Below, piece after piece: positions 7,131 to 16,719 of a DNA stretch of 64,000 nucleotides (position 1 is its first letter; every line of letters starts with the position of its first letter). The stretch spans positions 78,265 to 142,264 of the forward strand of contig JBEKVN010000013.1 of the NCBI GenBank assembly GCA_049513915.1. The letters run 5' to 3'. A program made the translations under genes and the position numbers. This stretch comes from Candidatus Aminicenantales bacterium. GTDB taxonomy: Bacteria; Acidobacteriota; Aminicenantia; Aminicenantales; Saccharicenantaceae. The notes under the pieces are model-generated. The model had not been told where the DNA came from and made no database searches. It saw only the letters and a list, made by a program, of their open reading frames with translations.

Positions 7131-9533
7131 ATGTCCATATGCGGGAAACGCGTCCCGGGAAGAATGTTTCTTCTATCCGCCCTGCTTCTGTCTCTAGCGC
7201 TCATCCCATTTGCCCAGCAGGCCAAGAAGCCGGCGGTCCTTCAGTCCACGAGCCCCGAGCTGCGGCTCAAAGGCTTCGCGGAGTATCAGGCCATGCTCAA
7301 GGCCTCGAAGTTCAAGGACCTGAAATGGCAATATCTCGGCCCGAACAACGTCAGCGGCAGGGTGACGGACGTCGCGGTTGTCGCCCCGAAGGGCAAAAAC
7401 TACACGATCTACGTCGCCGCGGCCTCGGGAGGCGTCTGGAAGACGGAGAACGAGGGCACGACCTGGGCGCCGATCTTCGAACACGAGGTCTCGGCGGCCG
7501 TCGGAGACATCGCCGTCGCCCCGTCGAACCCCCAGATCCTCTGGGTCGGGACCGGCGAGCACAACATTTTCCGGAGTTCCCAGGCCGGCTGCGGCGTTTA
7601 CAAAACGACGGACGGCGGCAAGACGTGGGCCAACATGGGCCTCACCGACACCAACACGATCGCCCGGATCGTCGTCCACCCGAAAAGTCCGGACGTCGTT
7701 TATGTCGCGGCCTCGGGACACGAGTGGACGTCGAACCCCGAGCGGGGCGTCTTCAAAACGACCGACGGCGGCAAGTCCTGGGCCAAAGTCCTCTTCGTCA
7801 ACGACCAGACCGGTGCCGTCGACCTGGTCATGGATCCGAAGGACAACGACACGCTCTACGCCGCCACGTGGCAGCGGACGCGCAAAAAATGGAACGACCC
7901 GCGGAACTTCTCCGACTACACGGGAAGTGGGATTTACAAGACCACCGATGCGGGCAAGACGTGGAATCCCATCAACGCCGGCCTTCCGGAGGCGAAGTCC
8001 CGCGGCCGGATCGGGCTCGATATCTGCCTGACGAAGCCCAACGTTCTCTACACGCTGGTCGACAATTACGAGATCGCCCGCAAGCCGACGGCCGAGGAGC
8101 AGACGGATTCCTACGGCCTCCCCTCGAGCGGGATCATCAAGGGGGCCACGGTCTACCGCTCCGACGACGGCGGCGCCTCCTGGAAACAGGTGAGCGGCCT
8201 CACACCCGAACAGAAGACCTTCATGGAACGCCACTCCAACACCTACGGCTGGGTCTTCGGCCAGATCCGCGTCGACCCCAACGACGCCGATACCGTGTAC
8301 ATCATGGGCGTGCCGTTCAGCGTCTCGACGGACGGGGGCAAGACCTTCGCCCATGTCGAGAGCCCGGGCGGCGACAACCACGCCCTGTGGATCGACCCGG
8401 ACAATTCGAATTACCTGATCAAGGGCTTCGACCAGGGCGTCGCCGTGTCCTACGACAAAGGCAAGAACTGGCGGTACTGGCAGGACGGGATTCCCGTCTG
8501 TCAGTTCTTCAATATCGCCTATGACATGGCGACGCCTTTCAAAGTCTACGGCTCGATGCAGGACCACGGCAGCTTCCGGGCGCCCGTGGACCTCAGCCAG
8601 GGCCGGGACAAGATCCCCGTCCAAAAGTTCGAGAACGCCCCCGGCGGCGAGGGCTCGAACCAGGCCATCGACCCGAACGATCCCAACGTCGTCTTTTCGG
8701 CGGGCTTCTATGGGACCATCATGCGCTCCGACTACGGCAAACCCGGCGAATATCCCGGCTGGCCCTACACCAAGTCGCTCCTGCCCGCGCCTTACGAGAA
8801 CGAGCCCCGCCTCCGCGGCCAGTGGCTCGCGCCGTTCATTCTCTCCCCGGTCAACCCCAATATCGTCTACCACGGCATGCAGTTCGTCTTCCGGTCGCTC
8901 GACAGGGGCGACACGTGGGAAAAAATCAGCCCCGATCTGACATGGAACACGGCATCGGAAATGGGCGATATCCCCTACCATACCCTCTTCGCCATCTCCG
9001 AGTCGCCGCTCCGGTTCGGCCTCGTATACGCCGGGACCGACGACGGCCGGCTCTGGGTCACGAAGGACGGCGGCAAGGCCTGGCAGGAGATCACGGCCGG
9101 CCTCCCGCCCGGGAAATGGATGTCGCGCGTCGTCGCCTCGTCCTACAAGCTGGGCACGGTGTATCTCACCCAGAACGGGAAACGGGACGACGATTTCACG
9201 CCGTACGTCTGGAAATCGGCGGACTACGGCAAGACCTGGGTGAGCATCGCCAAGGGCATCCCCGTCGGTCCGGTCAACGTCATCCGGGAAGACCCCGTGA
9301 ACGAAGACATCCTCTACGTGGGGACAGATATGGGCGTCTACGTCACGACCGACGGCGGGAAGACCTGGATGACCCTGGGGTCGAACCTGCCGACCGCCTA
9401 CGTCCACGACCTGATCATCCACCCGAGGGACAACGTTATTGTCATCGCGACCCACGGCCGAGGCATGTGGGCCCTCGACGCCAACCCGGTCAACGAGAAA
9501 GACAAGCGGCGGAACTTCTTTTACGGGGACTGA
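7131..9533 (+). CDS. secreted BNR/Asp-box repeat protein (sortilin/VPS10- or GH74-like beta-propeller glycosidase)
   Basis: Signal peptide. At least 8 S/T-x-D-x-G-x-T/S-W/F Asp-box motifs (GGVWKTENEGTTW, TDGGKTW, TDGGKSW, TDAGKTW, SDDGGASW, STDGGKTF, TKDGGKAW, TDGGKTW). Confidence 0.7.
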   Translation: MSICGKRVPGRMFLLSALLLSLALIPFAQQAKKPAVLQSTSPELRLKGFAEYQAMLKASKFKDLKWQYLGPNNVSGRVTDVAVVAPKGKNYTIYVAAASGGVWKTENEGTTWAPIFEHEVSAAVGDIAVAPSNPQILWVGTGEHNIFRSSQAGCGVYKTTDGGKTWANMGLTDTNTIARIVVHPKSPDVVYVAASGHEWTSNPERGVFKTTDGGKSWAKVLFVNDQTGAVDLVMDPKDNDTLYAATWQRTRKKWNDPRNFSDYTGSGIYKTTDAGKTWNPINAGLPEAKSRGRIGLDICLTKPNVLYTLVDNYEIARKPTAEEQTDSYGLPSSGIIKGATVYRSDDGGASWKQVSGLTPEQKTFMERHSNTYGWVFGQIRVDPNDADTVYIMGVPFSVSTDGGKTFAHVESPGGDNHALWIDPDNSNYLIKGFDQGVAVSYDKGKNWRYWQDGIPVCQFFNIAYDMATPFKVYGSMQDHGSFRAPVDLSQGRDKIPVQKFENAPGGEGSNQAIDPNDPNVVFSAGFYGTIMRSDYGKPGEYPGWPYTKSLLPAPYENEPRLRGQWLAPFILSPVNPNIVYHGMQFVFRSLDRGDTWEKISPDLTWNTASEMGDIPYHTLFAISESPLRFGLVYAGTDDGRLWVTKDGGKAWQEITAGLPPGKWMSRVVASSYKLGTVYLTQNGKRDDDFTPYVWKSADYGKTWVSIAKGIPVGPVNVIREDPVNEDILYVGTDMGVYVTTDGGKTWMTLGSNLPTAYVHDLIIHPRDNVIVIATHGRGMWALDANPVNEKDKRRNFFYGD

Positions 9534-9534
9534 G

Positions 9535-10131
9535 ATGCCCCGGCTTGGCCGGGAGACGGGCGCTCTGCCGGGGCTGACCGTCGAACTCGAGGGCGTCGGG
9601 CCCATGCTCTTCGAGAAGAGCCGGCGTGCCCGGCGGGTCTCGGTGACCATCCGTTCCTCCCTAGGCGTCCGGGTGGCCGTTCCCACGCGTGTTTCATTCG
9701 AGGAGGCCCGACGGCTCGCGGCGGCCAAGCGCTTCTGGATCCGGCGGACGCTCGCCCGGGTCGAGCGGGCCCGGGGTCGGTGCCGGGAAGCGGTTCTCGC
9801 CGCCGGCCAACTCGACAAACGATCCGCCCGCGCTCTGCTCGAACGGCGGCTGGAGGAGCTGGCCGCGGAGCATGGCTTCATCTGCCCAGGACTCAGCGTC
9901 CGGACCCAGAGCACCCTCTGGGGAAGCGCCTCGCCCTCGGGACGCGTTCAGCTCAACGCCCACCTGGCCGTTCTACCGCAAGAGTTGGCCGATTACGTCA
10001 TCATCCACGAACTCGTCCACACCCGCGTCCGGGGCCACGGCCGGGCATTCTGGACGGAGCTCGCGCGGCACGTTGCCGATGTCCGCGGCTGCCGGGCCCG
10101 CCTCCGCGAATATTCGCTGGCGCTGTTTTGA
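9535..10131 (+). CDS. M48-family/YgjP-like (DUF45) zinc metallohydrolase
   Basis: HExxH zinc motif IIHELVHTRVRGH near the C-terminus. Size and layout match YgjP/SprT-like proteins. The start at 9535 was chosen just after the upstream stop. Confidence 0.65.
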   Translation: MPRLGRETGALPGLTVELEGVGPMLFEKSRRARRVSVTIRSSLGVRVAVPTRVSFEEARRLAAAKRFWIRRTLARVERARGRCREAVLAAGQLDKRSARALLERRLEELAAEHGFICPGLSVRTQSTLWGSASPSGRVQLNAHLAVLPQELADYVIIHELVHTRVRGHGRAFWTELARHVADVRGCRARLREYSLALF

Positions 10132-10240
10132 CCGGAACGAGAGAAGGTTCAGCGCGCCGGGCCATCGTCTCGCCGGTAAACCAATCCGGGCGCGTCTTCG
10201 TAAATGGAAATGATAAGATTCGCACCGAGGAGGAGAATTC

Positions 10241-10798
10241 ATGGATGACCCAGATCTGAAAGAAATCCGCGATGCCATCGGGAAACTGACCCTGCGCAAC
10301 CGCCGGCTCACGTGGGCGTTGACGGCGTCCGTGTCCGTCCTGGCTCTCGGGATCATCGCGCTGTCCGTTTTCAGATTTCCGTCGAAGAGCGCTGTTCCTG
10401 CCGATGGCGTCCTCACGCTCCGCGGGCTGGTCATCCTCGACGCCAACGGCGTGGAACGGGTCAGGATCCAGGCCCCCCTCCCCGACCCCCTGATCCTGGG
10501 CAAGCGGTTTCCTCGCGGCGGGGCGGTCAGCGGCATTCTATTGTCCGACGAGGAAGGCAACGAGCGGAGCGGCTACGTGACCTCCGACGGCTACCCCAAC
10601 GTCTTTTTCACCCTGGACAGCCTGGCCCGCCAGCACGTCCTCTTCATCACGGAACCGCAAGGCGACCCAACGCTGCGACTGTGGGATGGGGCAAGCGCCG
10701 CCACGCTTTCGGCGGGATCGGACGGCCCCGGCCTGAAACTCACGGCCGGAGAAAAAACGCTGCTGGAAATCCCCGCCCGCCGGCCGGCGGGCAAATAA
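10241..10798 (+). CDS. hypothetical membrane-anchored protein
   Basis: RBS GAGGAGG 8 nt upstream. One N-terminal TM helix (LTWALTASVSVLALGIIALSVF). No recognisable catalytic motif. Confidence 0.45.
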   Translation: MDDPDLKEIRDAIGKLTLRNRRLTWALTASVSVLALGIIALSVFRFPSKSAVPADGVLTLRGLVILDANGVERVRIQAPLPDPLILGKRFPRGGAVSGILLSDEEGNERSGYVTSDGYPNVFFTLDSLARQHVLFITEPQGDPTLRLWDGASAATLSAGSDGPGLKLTAGEKTLLEIPARRPAGK

Positions 10799-10811
10799 GG
10801 GAGGCGGGGCC

Positions 10812-11825
10812 ATGAAAATGTCGGCCAAATTCTTCTTCGGTTGCTTGGTCGCGTGCGGGGGGATTCTCGCCGCTCCGCGCCTCCCCGCTCAAGAAGGCGT
10901 TGGGGCTTCCGGAATCTGGAAAGGGCATGAGGCCGGGATCAGCGGCGTGGCCTTGAACCCGGACGGATCCCGGCTCGCGACGAGCGGGTTGGACGGAGCG
11001 GTCCGGCTCTGGGACACGGCCTCCGGCCGGGTCCTCCGGGTTCTGCGCAGCCGCGATGCCGAGTTCTACGCCGTCTCGTTTTCGCGGGAAGGGAAATTCG
11101 TCGTTGCGACCGGAGATAAAGGAATGGTGACGGTTTTCGACGCTCAATCAGGGAGCATCCTCCGGGAGCTCCGGGGGCTTGAGGGTTGGTCGGCGGGTTT
11201 GGCTCTCTCTCCCGACGGCCGGTTCGCGGCGGCCTGGAGCATGGACGGTCGCGTCCTCGTTTGGGACATCGAGGGCGACGGGAAGCCGCGTGTCCTCGCG
11301 GGAGACGCCAGGAAATGGGGGATGGCGCTGGCGTGGTCCCCCAACGGCCGCGTTTTGGCGGCAGGGAGGGCGTCCATCACGCTCTGGGACGTCGAAAAAG
11401 GTGTTCGCATGGGAGATCTTTCCGGCCACAGGGATTTCGTCAGGGATCTGACGTTTTCGCCGGACGGGCGCCTCCTGGCGTCGACGGGCCTCGACAAAAC
11501 AGTCAGGGTTTGGGACGTCCCGGCCACCCGCGAACGCTATGCCCTCAGGCCTGAAGGCTTTGTTCATCCCTCGACCCAAGGTCCCGTGACCGAACCGATC
11601 CGTGTTCCCCTGCTCGCGGTGCGTTTCTCTCCCGACGGAAAAACGCTGGCGACCGCCGGGGCCGACCGCCTCGTGCGCCTCTGGGACGCCGAAACCGGGC
11701 GTTTTATCCGGGCCTTCCAGGGGCATGCCATGAGCGTCACGGGGCTGGCATTCAGCCCGGACGGGAAAACCCTTTATTCCGCCAGCCTGGACAAAATCAT
11801 CCGTGTCTGGCGGCTTAAGCCCTAA
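10812..11825 (+). CDS. WD40-repeat beta-propeller protein with signal peptide
   Basis: RBS GGGAGG. Repeated WD40 units ending in LWD/VWD/TVFD (GAVRLWDTASG, VRVWDVPA, LVRLWDAETG, IIRVWRL). Confidence 0.7.
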   Translation: MKMSAKFFFGCLVACGGILAAPRLPAQEGVGASGIWKGHEAGISGVALNPDGSRLATSGLDGAVRLWDTASGRVLRVLRSRDAEFYAVSFSREGKFVVATGDKGMVTVFDAQSGSILRELRGLEGWSAGLALSPDGRFAAAWSMDGRVLVWDIEGDGKPRVLAGDARKWGMALAWSPNGRVLAAGRASITLWDVEKGVRMGDLSGHRDFVRDLTFSPDGRLLASTGLDKTVRVWDVPATRERYALRPEGFVHPSTQGPVTEPIRVPLLAVRFSPDGKTLATAGADRLVRLWDAETGRFIRAFQGHAMSVTGLAFSPDGKTLYSASLDKIIRVWRLKP

Positions 11826-11884
11826 GGAAGACCTGGACTTCGCGGAAAGCTTTCGCCGGTCCTTTTGCTAAAGGACAATGTAAT

Positions 11885-11953
11885 ATCTACTTGACATTTT
11901 GTATACTATATATTACATTCATTTGCATAAGCAAAGCAAAGGAGGCTTAGAAG
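11885..11953 (+). promoter_or_regulatory. AT-rich promoter island with TTGACA and TATACT/TATATT boxes and RBS AAAGGAGG
   Basis: About 70 bp at under 30% GC in a 66% GC background. Contains TTGACATTTTGTATACTATATATTACAT. Sits immediately upstream of the membrane-protein/XRE gene pair. Confidence 0.35.
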
Positions 11954-12418
11954 ATGCATCCACAGGTCAAACACGCAAGATTTAATCTGATCGTTTGCGC
12001 CGTCACGGTGGCGGTGACGGCGGCAGCCTATGTGGTGGCATTGGCTTTGGTCGGTCCTCACAGGGCGCGGGGCGCTTTCGGATTCCTGGGATTTCTGGGA
12101 CTGCTCGGCTTGGGCCCGACCTTCTACCGAGAGAAACTGGCCGAAGGCGGCGTGGTCCTTGACGAACGCGACAAGCAGATCGCGGACCGTTCCCGAGTGA
12201 TCGCGTGGAGCGTCACCTGGCTTTACTGGTGTTTGGTATGCATGGGCGTGTGGCTCTGGGTGGCGCTTCGATCGGGCCTTGCGGCCTTGGAGGCCCCGTT
12301 CGTACCCGCGGAATGGCCGCCGTTGGTTTTAATGGCGGCGTTAATTGTCTTTATGATGGCCTGGTCCATATCCATCCTGGTCCATTATCGGCGAGGGGAT
12401 GTGGCGGGCGATGAGTGA
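11954..12418 (+). CDS. small 4-TM membrane protein (DUF2178-like) partnered with XRE regulator
   Basis: Four hydrophobic helices. Stop overlaps the start of the next gene (ATGA). Confidence 0.5.
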   Translation: MHPQVKHARFNLIVCAVTVAVTAAAYVVALALVGPHRARGAFGFLGFLGLLGLGPTFYREKLAEGGVVLDERDKQIADRSRVIAWSVTWLYWCLVCMGVWLWVALRSGLAALEAPFVPAEWPPLVLMAALIVFMMAWSISILVHYRRGDVAGDE

Positions 12419-12617
12419 GCTGACCAACCGGATCCGCCGCTTCCGGTTTGACTGCGGCGAGATGACGCAGCAGGAACTGGCGGAGAAGGCCGGCGTCACC
12501 CGCCAGACGATTATCGCGCTCGAAGCGAACCGGTACGTCCCGTCCCTGCTGCTCGCTCATCGCATTTCCCACGTATTCGCCGTTCCGATCGAAGATGTCT
12601 TTCAATTTGACGATTAA
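12414..12617 (+). CDS. XRE-family helix-turn-helix transcriptional regulator (Cro/CI type)
   Basis: 67 aa with HTH motif MTQQELAEKAGVTRQTIIALEANRYVPS. Start ATG overlaps the upstream stop. Confidence 0.75.
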   Translation, partial: SELTNRIRRFRFDCGEMTQQELAEKAGVTRQTIIALEANRYVPSLLLAHRISHVFAVPIEDVFQFDD

Positions 12618-12638
12618 GGCCTGGGAAAAAAGGGCTGA

Positions 12639-12667
12639 TTTAAATCCTCCATCGCATTTGCTATAAT
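12639..12667 (+). promoter_or_regulatory. promoter-like TTTAAA-17-TATAAT upstream of DPP4 gene
   Basis: -10 TATAAT at 12662-12667. RBS AGGAGG precedes the ATG at 12717. Confidence 0.3.
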
Positions 12668-12716
12668 CCCCGCCTTGCTCATGCCACAGAACGTTCCTTT
12701 CTAGGAGGTCTCATCC

Positions 12717-15437
12717 ATGTCTCATCCAACCAGTCTCCGAAAGGCCGTCGCTCCGGCGGCCACGTTGGTTATTTTCCTGAGCTTTGCGATTCTGAGCCCG
12801 GCCGCCGCCCCCGGCGCCGAAATGAAGAAGGCCGACAAGGCCAACTATGAGCTGGCCGCGCGCTTTACCTCGGCCAAGGTCGGGAAGCTCGTCTTCGACA
12901 CTTCCGTCCAGGCCCACTGGCTCGAGACGGGCGACAGGTTCTGGTACAGCTGGGAAACGAGCAAGGGACGGTCGTTTTCCATCGTCGACCCCCTGCGCGC
13001 CACGAAGAGCCCGCTCTTCGACAACGCCCGGATGGCGGCCCTGCTGACCGGGATCGTCCTGACCCCGTATGACTCCCAGCACCTGCCCTTCCGGACCGTG
13101 AAATTCATCGACAAAGACACGGCCCTCCGCCTGGAGCTCGAGGTCCAGAAGGACTCGGACGTCCGCCTCGGGGACAAGATCGTCAAGGCCGGGGACATCG
13201 AGAAGAAGCGCGAAGACGCCAAGAAGGCCAAGGAGGAGGAGGCCAAGACGCAGGAGAAGAAAGACCAAGAGAAGAAGGAGCAGGACAAGAAGGACCTGGA
13301 AAAGAAGGAGCTGGATAAAAAGGACCAGGATAAAAAAGACGCCGATAAGGACAAGGCCAAGGAGCCCGAGAAAAAAACGACCACCCTCTATTTCGAGTAT
13401 CAGCTCGCCACGGGCACGCTGACGCTCCTCCCCGACTACGAGGCGCCGCCCAAGCGGCCCAAATGGGCGTCCGTTTCCCCCGATGAAAAAATCGTCATCT
13501 TCGCCCGCGGCTTCAACCTCTTCATGATGGACGCCGAGAACTTCAAGCTGGCCCAGAAAAAAGCCGACGACGCGGCCATCAAGGAGGTCCAGCTCACGAC
13601 CGACGGCGAGGAGCACTATTCCTACGCCCGTGACCTCAATGAGGAAGATAAGAAGGAGCTCCAGAAGGACGAGAAGGACCGCAAGGATTACCGCGTCCCG
13701 GCCGGCTATATCGTCTGGTCCAAGGACTCGAAAAAGTTCGCCTGTGTCCGCGAGGACGAACGCAAGGTGGGCGACCTCTGGGTTATTAACGTCCTGGCCA
13801 ACCCGCGCCCGACGCTCGAAACCTACCGCTACGCCATGCCGGGCGAGGAAAACCAGGCCCAGCCCGAGCTCCTCGTTTTCGATATCGCGAGCAAGGGCAA
13901 GGTCAAGATCAAGGCCGACGGCTTCAAGGACCAGACCCTGGGGGTCGAGACAGCGCCCCGCCGCAACGTGGACCGCGAGAAGGACTTTCCGCCTCCGTCC
14001 CAGTGGCTGAGCGACACGTCGGACAAGCTCTATTTCGGGCGCCAGAGCCGGGACCTCCACAAGTATGACGTCTGCGTCGCCGACACGGCGACCGGCGACG
14101 TGAAGGTCTTGATCGAGGAGCGCCTGAATACCTATATCGACGTCGAGTCCCTCCGCCTTGTCAACGGCGGCAAAGAAATGGTCTGGTGGTCCGAGCGCGA
14201 CGGCTGGGGCCATTACTACCTCTATGACGGCGACGGCAAGCTCAAGTCGCAGATCACTTCCGGCGAGTTCACCTGCCAGGGGATCGAGGGCGTCGACGAG
14301 AAGACCCGCGTCCTCTACTTCAACGCCTGCGGCCGCGAGCCGAGCGAGGACCCCTACTTTTTCCACCTCTACCGGGTCAACCTGGACGGCACGGGGCTCC
14401 GGCTCCTCAACCCCGGCGACGCCAATCACGGGGCCGACGCCGACGACAACCTGCGCGTGTTCATTGACACGTTCTCGCGCGTCAACACGGCCCCGGCCTC
14501 GGAGCTGCGGGACATGATGGGGAACGTCGTCCTCAAGCTCGAAACGACGGACACGGGCGCTCTTGTCGAGGCCGGCTACAAGTTCCCCGAGCCGTTCAAG
14601 GTCAAGGCCGACGACGGCATCACCGATCTCTACGGCGTCATGTACAAACCCTTCGACTTCGACCCCGCCGTGAAGTATCCGATCATCGCTTACGTCTATC
14701 CGGGCCCCCAGACCGAGAGCGTAACCAAGACCTTCTCGCCCCGGAACGGCAACGTCGCCCTGGCCCAGCTCGGGTTCATCGTCATCGAAGTCGGCAACCG
14801 CGGCGGCAACCCCATGCGCTCGAAGTGGTACCACAACTACGGCTATGGCAACCTCCGCGACTACGGCCTGGCCGACAAGAAGCGGGCCATCGAGGAGCTG
14901 GGCATCAGGTACCCCTATATCGACGCCGACCGGGTCGGCATCTACGGCCACTCGGGCGGCGGTTTCATGACGGCCGCAGCCCTGCTCGTCTATCCCGATT
15001 TCTTCAAGGTCGGCGTGTCCTCGTCCGGAAACCACGAGAACAACATCTACAACCGCTGGTGGAGCGAAAAGCATCACGGCGTCAAGGAAGTCACGGACAA
15101 GGAAGGGAACATCAAGTTCGAGTACAGCATCGAGAAGAACTCCGAGATCGCCAAGAACCTCAAGGGCCACCTCCTGCTCACGACGGGGGACATGGACAAC
15201 AACGTCCACCCGGGGAACACCATCCGGCTGGCCAACGCCCTGATCAAGGCCAATAAGCGCTTCGACTTCTTCCTCTTCCCGGGCCAGCGCCACGGCTACG
15301 GCGACATGAACGACTACTGGTTCTGGATCCGGGCCGACTACTTCGCCAAGTACCTGCTCGGCGATTTCTCCCAGACCGTCGACCTCATCGAACTGCAGAA
15401 GGAGAAAGAGCAAACGGGGGACAAGAAGGGACGGTAG
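12717..15437 (+). CDS. dipeptidyl peptidase IV (S9B prolyl oligopeptidase family) with Lys/Glu-rich insert
   Basis: Signal peptide. DPP4-type N-terminal propeller and a C-terminal alpha/beta hydrolase with catalytic GHSGGG serine motif, later Asp and His (DNNVHP). A 60-aa K/E/D-rich low-complexity insert lies at aa 161-220. Confidence 0.85.
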   Translation: MSHPTSLRKAVAPAATLVIFLSFAILSPAAAPGAEMKKADKANYELAARFTSAKVGKLVFDTSVQAHWLETGDRFWYSWETSKGRSFSIVDPLRATKSPLFDNARMAALLTGIVLTPYDSQHLPFRTVKFIDKDTALRLELEVQKDSDVRLGDKIVKAGDIEKKREDAKKAKEEEAKTQEKKDQEKKEQDKKDLEKKELDKKDQDKKDADKDKAKEPEKKTTTLYFEYQLATGTLTLLPDYEAPPKRPKWASVSPDEKIVIFARGFNLFMMDAENFKLAQKKADDAAIKEVQLTTDGEEHYSYARDLNEEDKKELQKDEKDRKDYRVPAGYIVWSKDSKKFACVREDERKVGDLWVINVLANPRPTLETYRYAMPGEENQAQPELLVFDIASKGKVKIKADGFKDQTLGVETAPRRNVDREKDFPPPSQWLSDTSDKLYFGRQSRDLHKYDVCVADTATGDVKVLIEERLNTYIDVESLRLVNGGKEMVWWSERDGWGHYYLYDGDGKLKSQITSGEFTCQGIEGVDEKTRVLYFNACGREPSEDPYFFHLYRVNLDGTGLRLLNPGDANHGADADDNLRVFIDTFSRVNTAPASELRDMMGNVVLKLETTDTGALVEAGYKFPEPFKVKADDGITDLYGVMYKPFDFDPAVKYPIIAYVYPGPQTESVTKTFSPRNGNVALAQLGFIVIEVGNRGGNPMRSKWYHNYGYGNLRDYGLADKKRAIEELGIRYPYIDADRVGIYGHSGGGFMTAAALLVYPDFFKVGVSSSGNHENNIYNRWWSEKHHGVKEVTDKEGNIKFEYSIEKNSEIAKNLKGHLLLTTGDMDNNVHPGNTIRLANALIKANKRFDFFLFPGQRHGYGDMNDYWFWIRADYFAKYLLGDFSQTVDLIELQKEKEQTGDKKGR

Positions 15438-15455
15438 GTCTTTAGGTGCGGCTGG

Positions 15456-16154
15456 CTAGAATCTTACGCCGAGAAGCATGACGAGGGCGTTGGGTTTGGA
15501 CCTCGAAAAGCCCGAATAGCTTTCGGACAGGATATTCCATACACCCCAATGGTAGCGTACTTCCAGAGACAGCGCGGCCGCACGGGCCGCTAACTCGAGG
15601 CCGGCCCCGAATACGATCGCGGCGTCGAAGCTCTTGGTGATGTCCCGGAGGTTTTCTTCATTTCCAGCCGGCCCCGTCGAATCCGCGCGCGGCTCGGCGA
15701 CGTGAGAAAGAACGTAAGCGAGCTCGATGCCGCTGGCAATGAAAGGCGAGGTGCCCCTCCGGAGCCTAAACTTCAGGAGCAGGGGCAGGCTGATTTCTTC
15801 AAGCTTGAAAACGGTCCTTTCCAGCAGGGCTCCATCCCGCCACTCTGAGAAGTCGTTTCCTTTCTGAACATACATGATGTCCGCTTCCAAGGCGAAGAGG
15901 CGGGATACCGGAAACTCGACTCCCATGCCGAAGCCGAACCCCGGCCGATACCCGTAATCCGTCGCGAAGCGTCCGGAGGCATCATAACGGGACAGGCTAA
16001 ACCCTCCCATGACCTTGTATTCGCGGGCGTCGACCTCGAAAGTTAAGCCAACGAACATGAGGAGCCCCAAAGTCGCCTTCCTCCAGAGGGCCGGGCGCCG
16101 GATCGCCATTAATGGCAAGCTCAAATTTGGTGCTCCTCTGTTGGATGAACTCAT
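15456..16154 (-). CDS. outer-membrane beta-barrel protein (porin/OmpA-like barrel)
   Basis: Alternating amphipathic beta-strands and C-terminal ...LLGVRF ending in Phe. Real start is probably the internal Met of the signal peptide (MAIRRPALWRKATLGLLMF) near 16109. Confidence 0.55.
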   Translation of the reverse strand: MSSSNRGAPNLSLPLMAIRRPALWRKATLGLLMFVGLTFEVDAREYKVMGGFSLSRYDASGRFATDYGYRPGFGFGMGVEFPVSRLFALEADIMYVQKGNDFSEWRDGALLERTVFKLEEISLPLLLKFRLRRGTSPFIASGIELAYVLSHVAEPRADSTGPAGNEENLRDITKSFDAAIVFGAGLELAARAAALSLEVRYHWGVWNILSESYSGFSRSKPNALVMLLGVRF

Positions 16155-16164
16155 CTCATGCCCT

Positions 16165-16719
16165 TCACTTGAACCGGTAGCCGATCCCTATTGCGGCCTG
16201 GAACCCCCCGACATTGAATGATAACTCGACGGGTGTCATCCGGCATGTGGAATATTGAAGATGAAGGTCGACGAACCACTTCGTCTGCAACGGAAATTGG
16301 CCCCCGGCCTCGACCGCCGGGCCCCAGCGTCCATAAGTGACGTCCCCGATGGGATTTACCTCCCTGAAGACATGATAAAGGACGCCTACTCCGGCAAAGA
16401 GCCTGAAGATCCCCGCCGGACGGACGACCCTCAGCCCGCCGCCGGCCGGGACGAGCCAGAGCTTCGTTTGCTCCCCCGTCGGAATCAGGTGGCCCTTCTT
16501 GTAGACAAGGTCGGCGCTCACCCAAAGCTCCAGGCTCTTCCAGACCGCGGAAGAGCCCTCGATCCCCCAGCATGTCCCCCCACCGTAGATGGACTTGAAA
16601 TCGGAATCCGAAGGCTGAAAATATCCGCCCCTGACCGTGACGCTCGTTCCGTTGGCGGCGGCTGCCGGCACAAACAGCAGAAGGAGTATTGAGAACAGGG
16701 CGAGCTTTCTCATGATCAC
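16165..16719 (-). CDS. outer-membrane beta-barrel protein
   Basis: Signal peptide MRKLALFSILLLLFVPAAAA. Beta-strand pattern with C-terminal GIGYRFK. Confidence 0.55.
   Translation of the reverse strand: MIMRKLALFSILLLLFVPAAAANGTSVTVRGGYFQPSDSDFKSIYGGGTCWGIEGSSAVWKSLELWVSADLVYKKGHLIPTGEQTKLWLVPAGGGLRVVRPAGIFRLFAGVGVLYHVFREVNPIGDVTYGRWGPAVEAGGQFPLQTKWFVDLHLQYSTCRMTPVELSFNVGGFQAAIGIGYRFK

Noticed and set aside
7194-9914. 906-aa minus-strand ORF antisense to the BNR-repeat gene and YgjP gene
   Set aside because: Arg/Ala/Gly-rich nonsense composition. The plus strand carries repeated Asp-box motifs and a signal peptide.
12711-15413. 900-aa minus-strand ORF antisense to the DPP4 gene
   Set aside because: Low-complexity, D/E/G/V/L-rich translation with no motifs and no signal or start context. 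This is the typical high-GC antisense frame artefact. The plus-strand DPP4 has clear catalytic motifs and an RBS.
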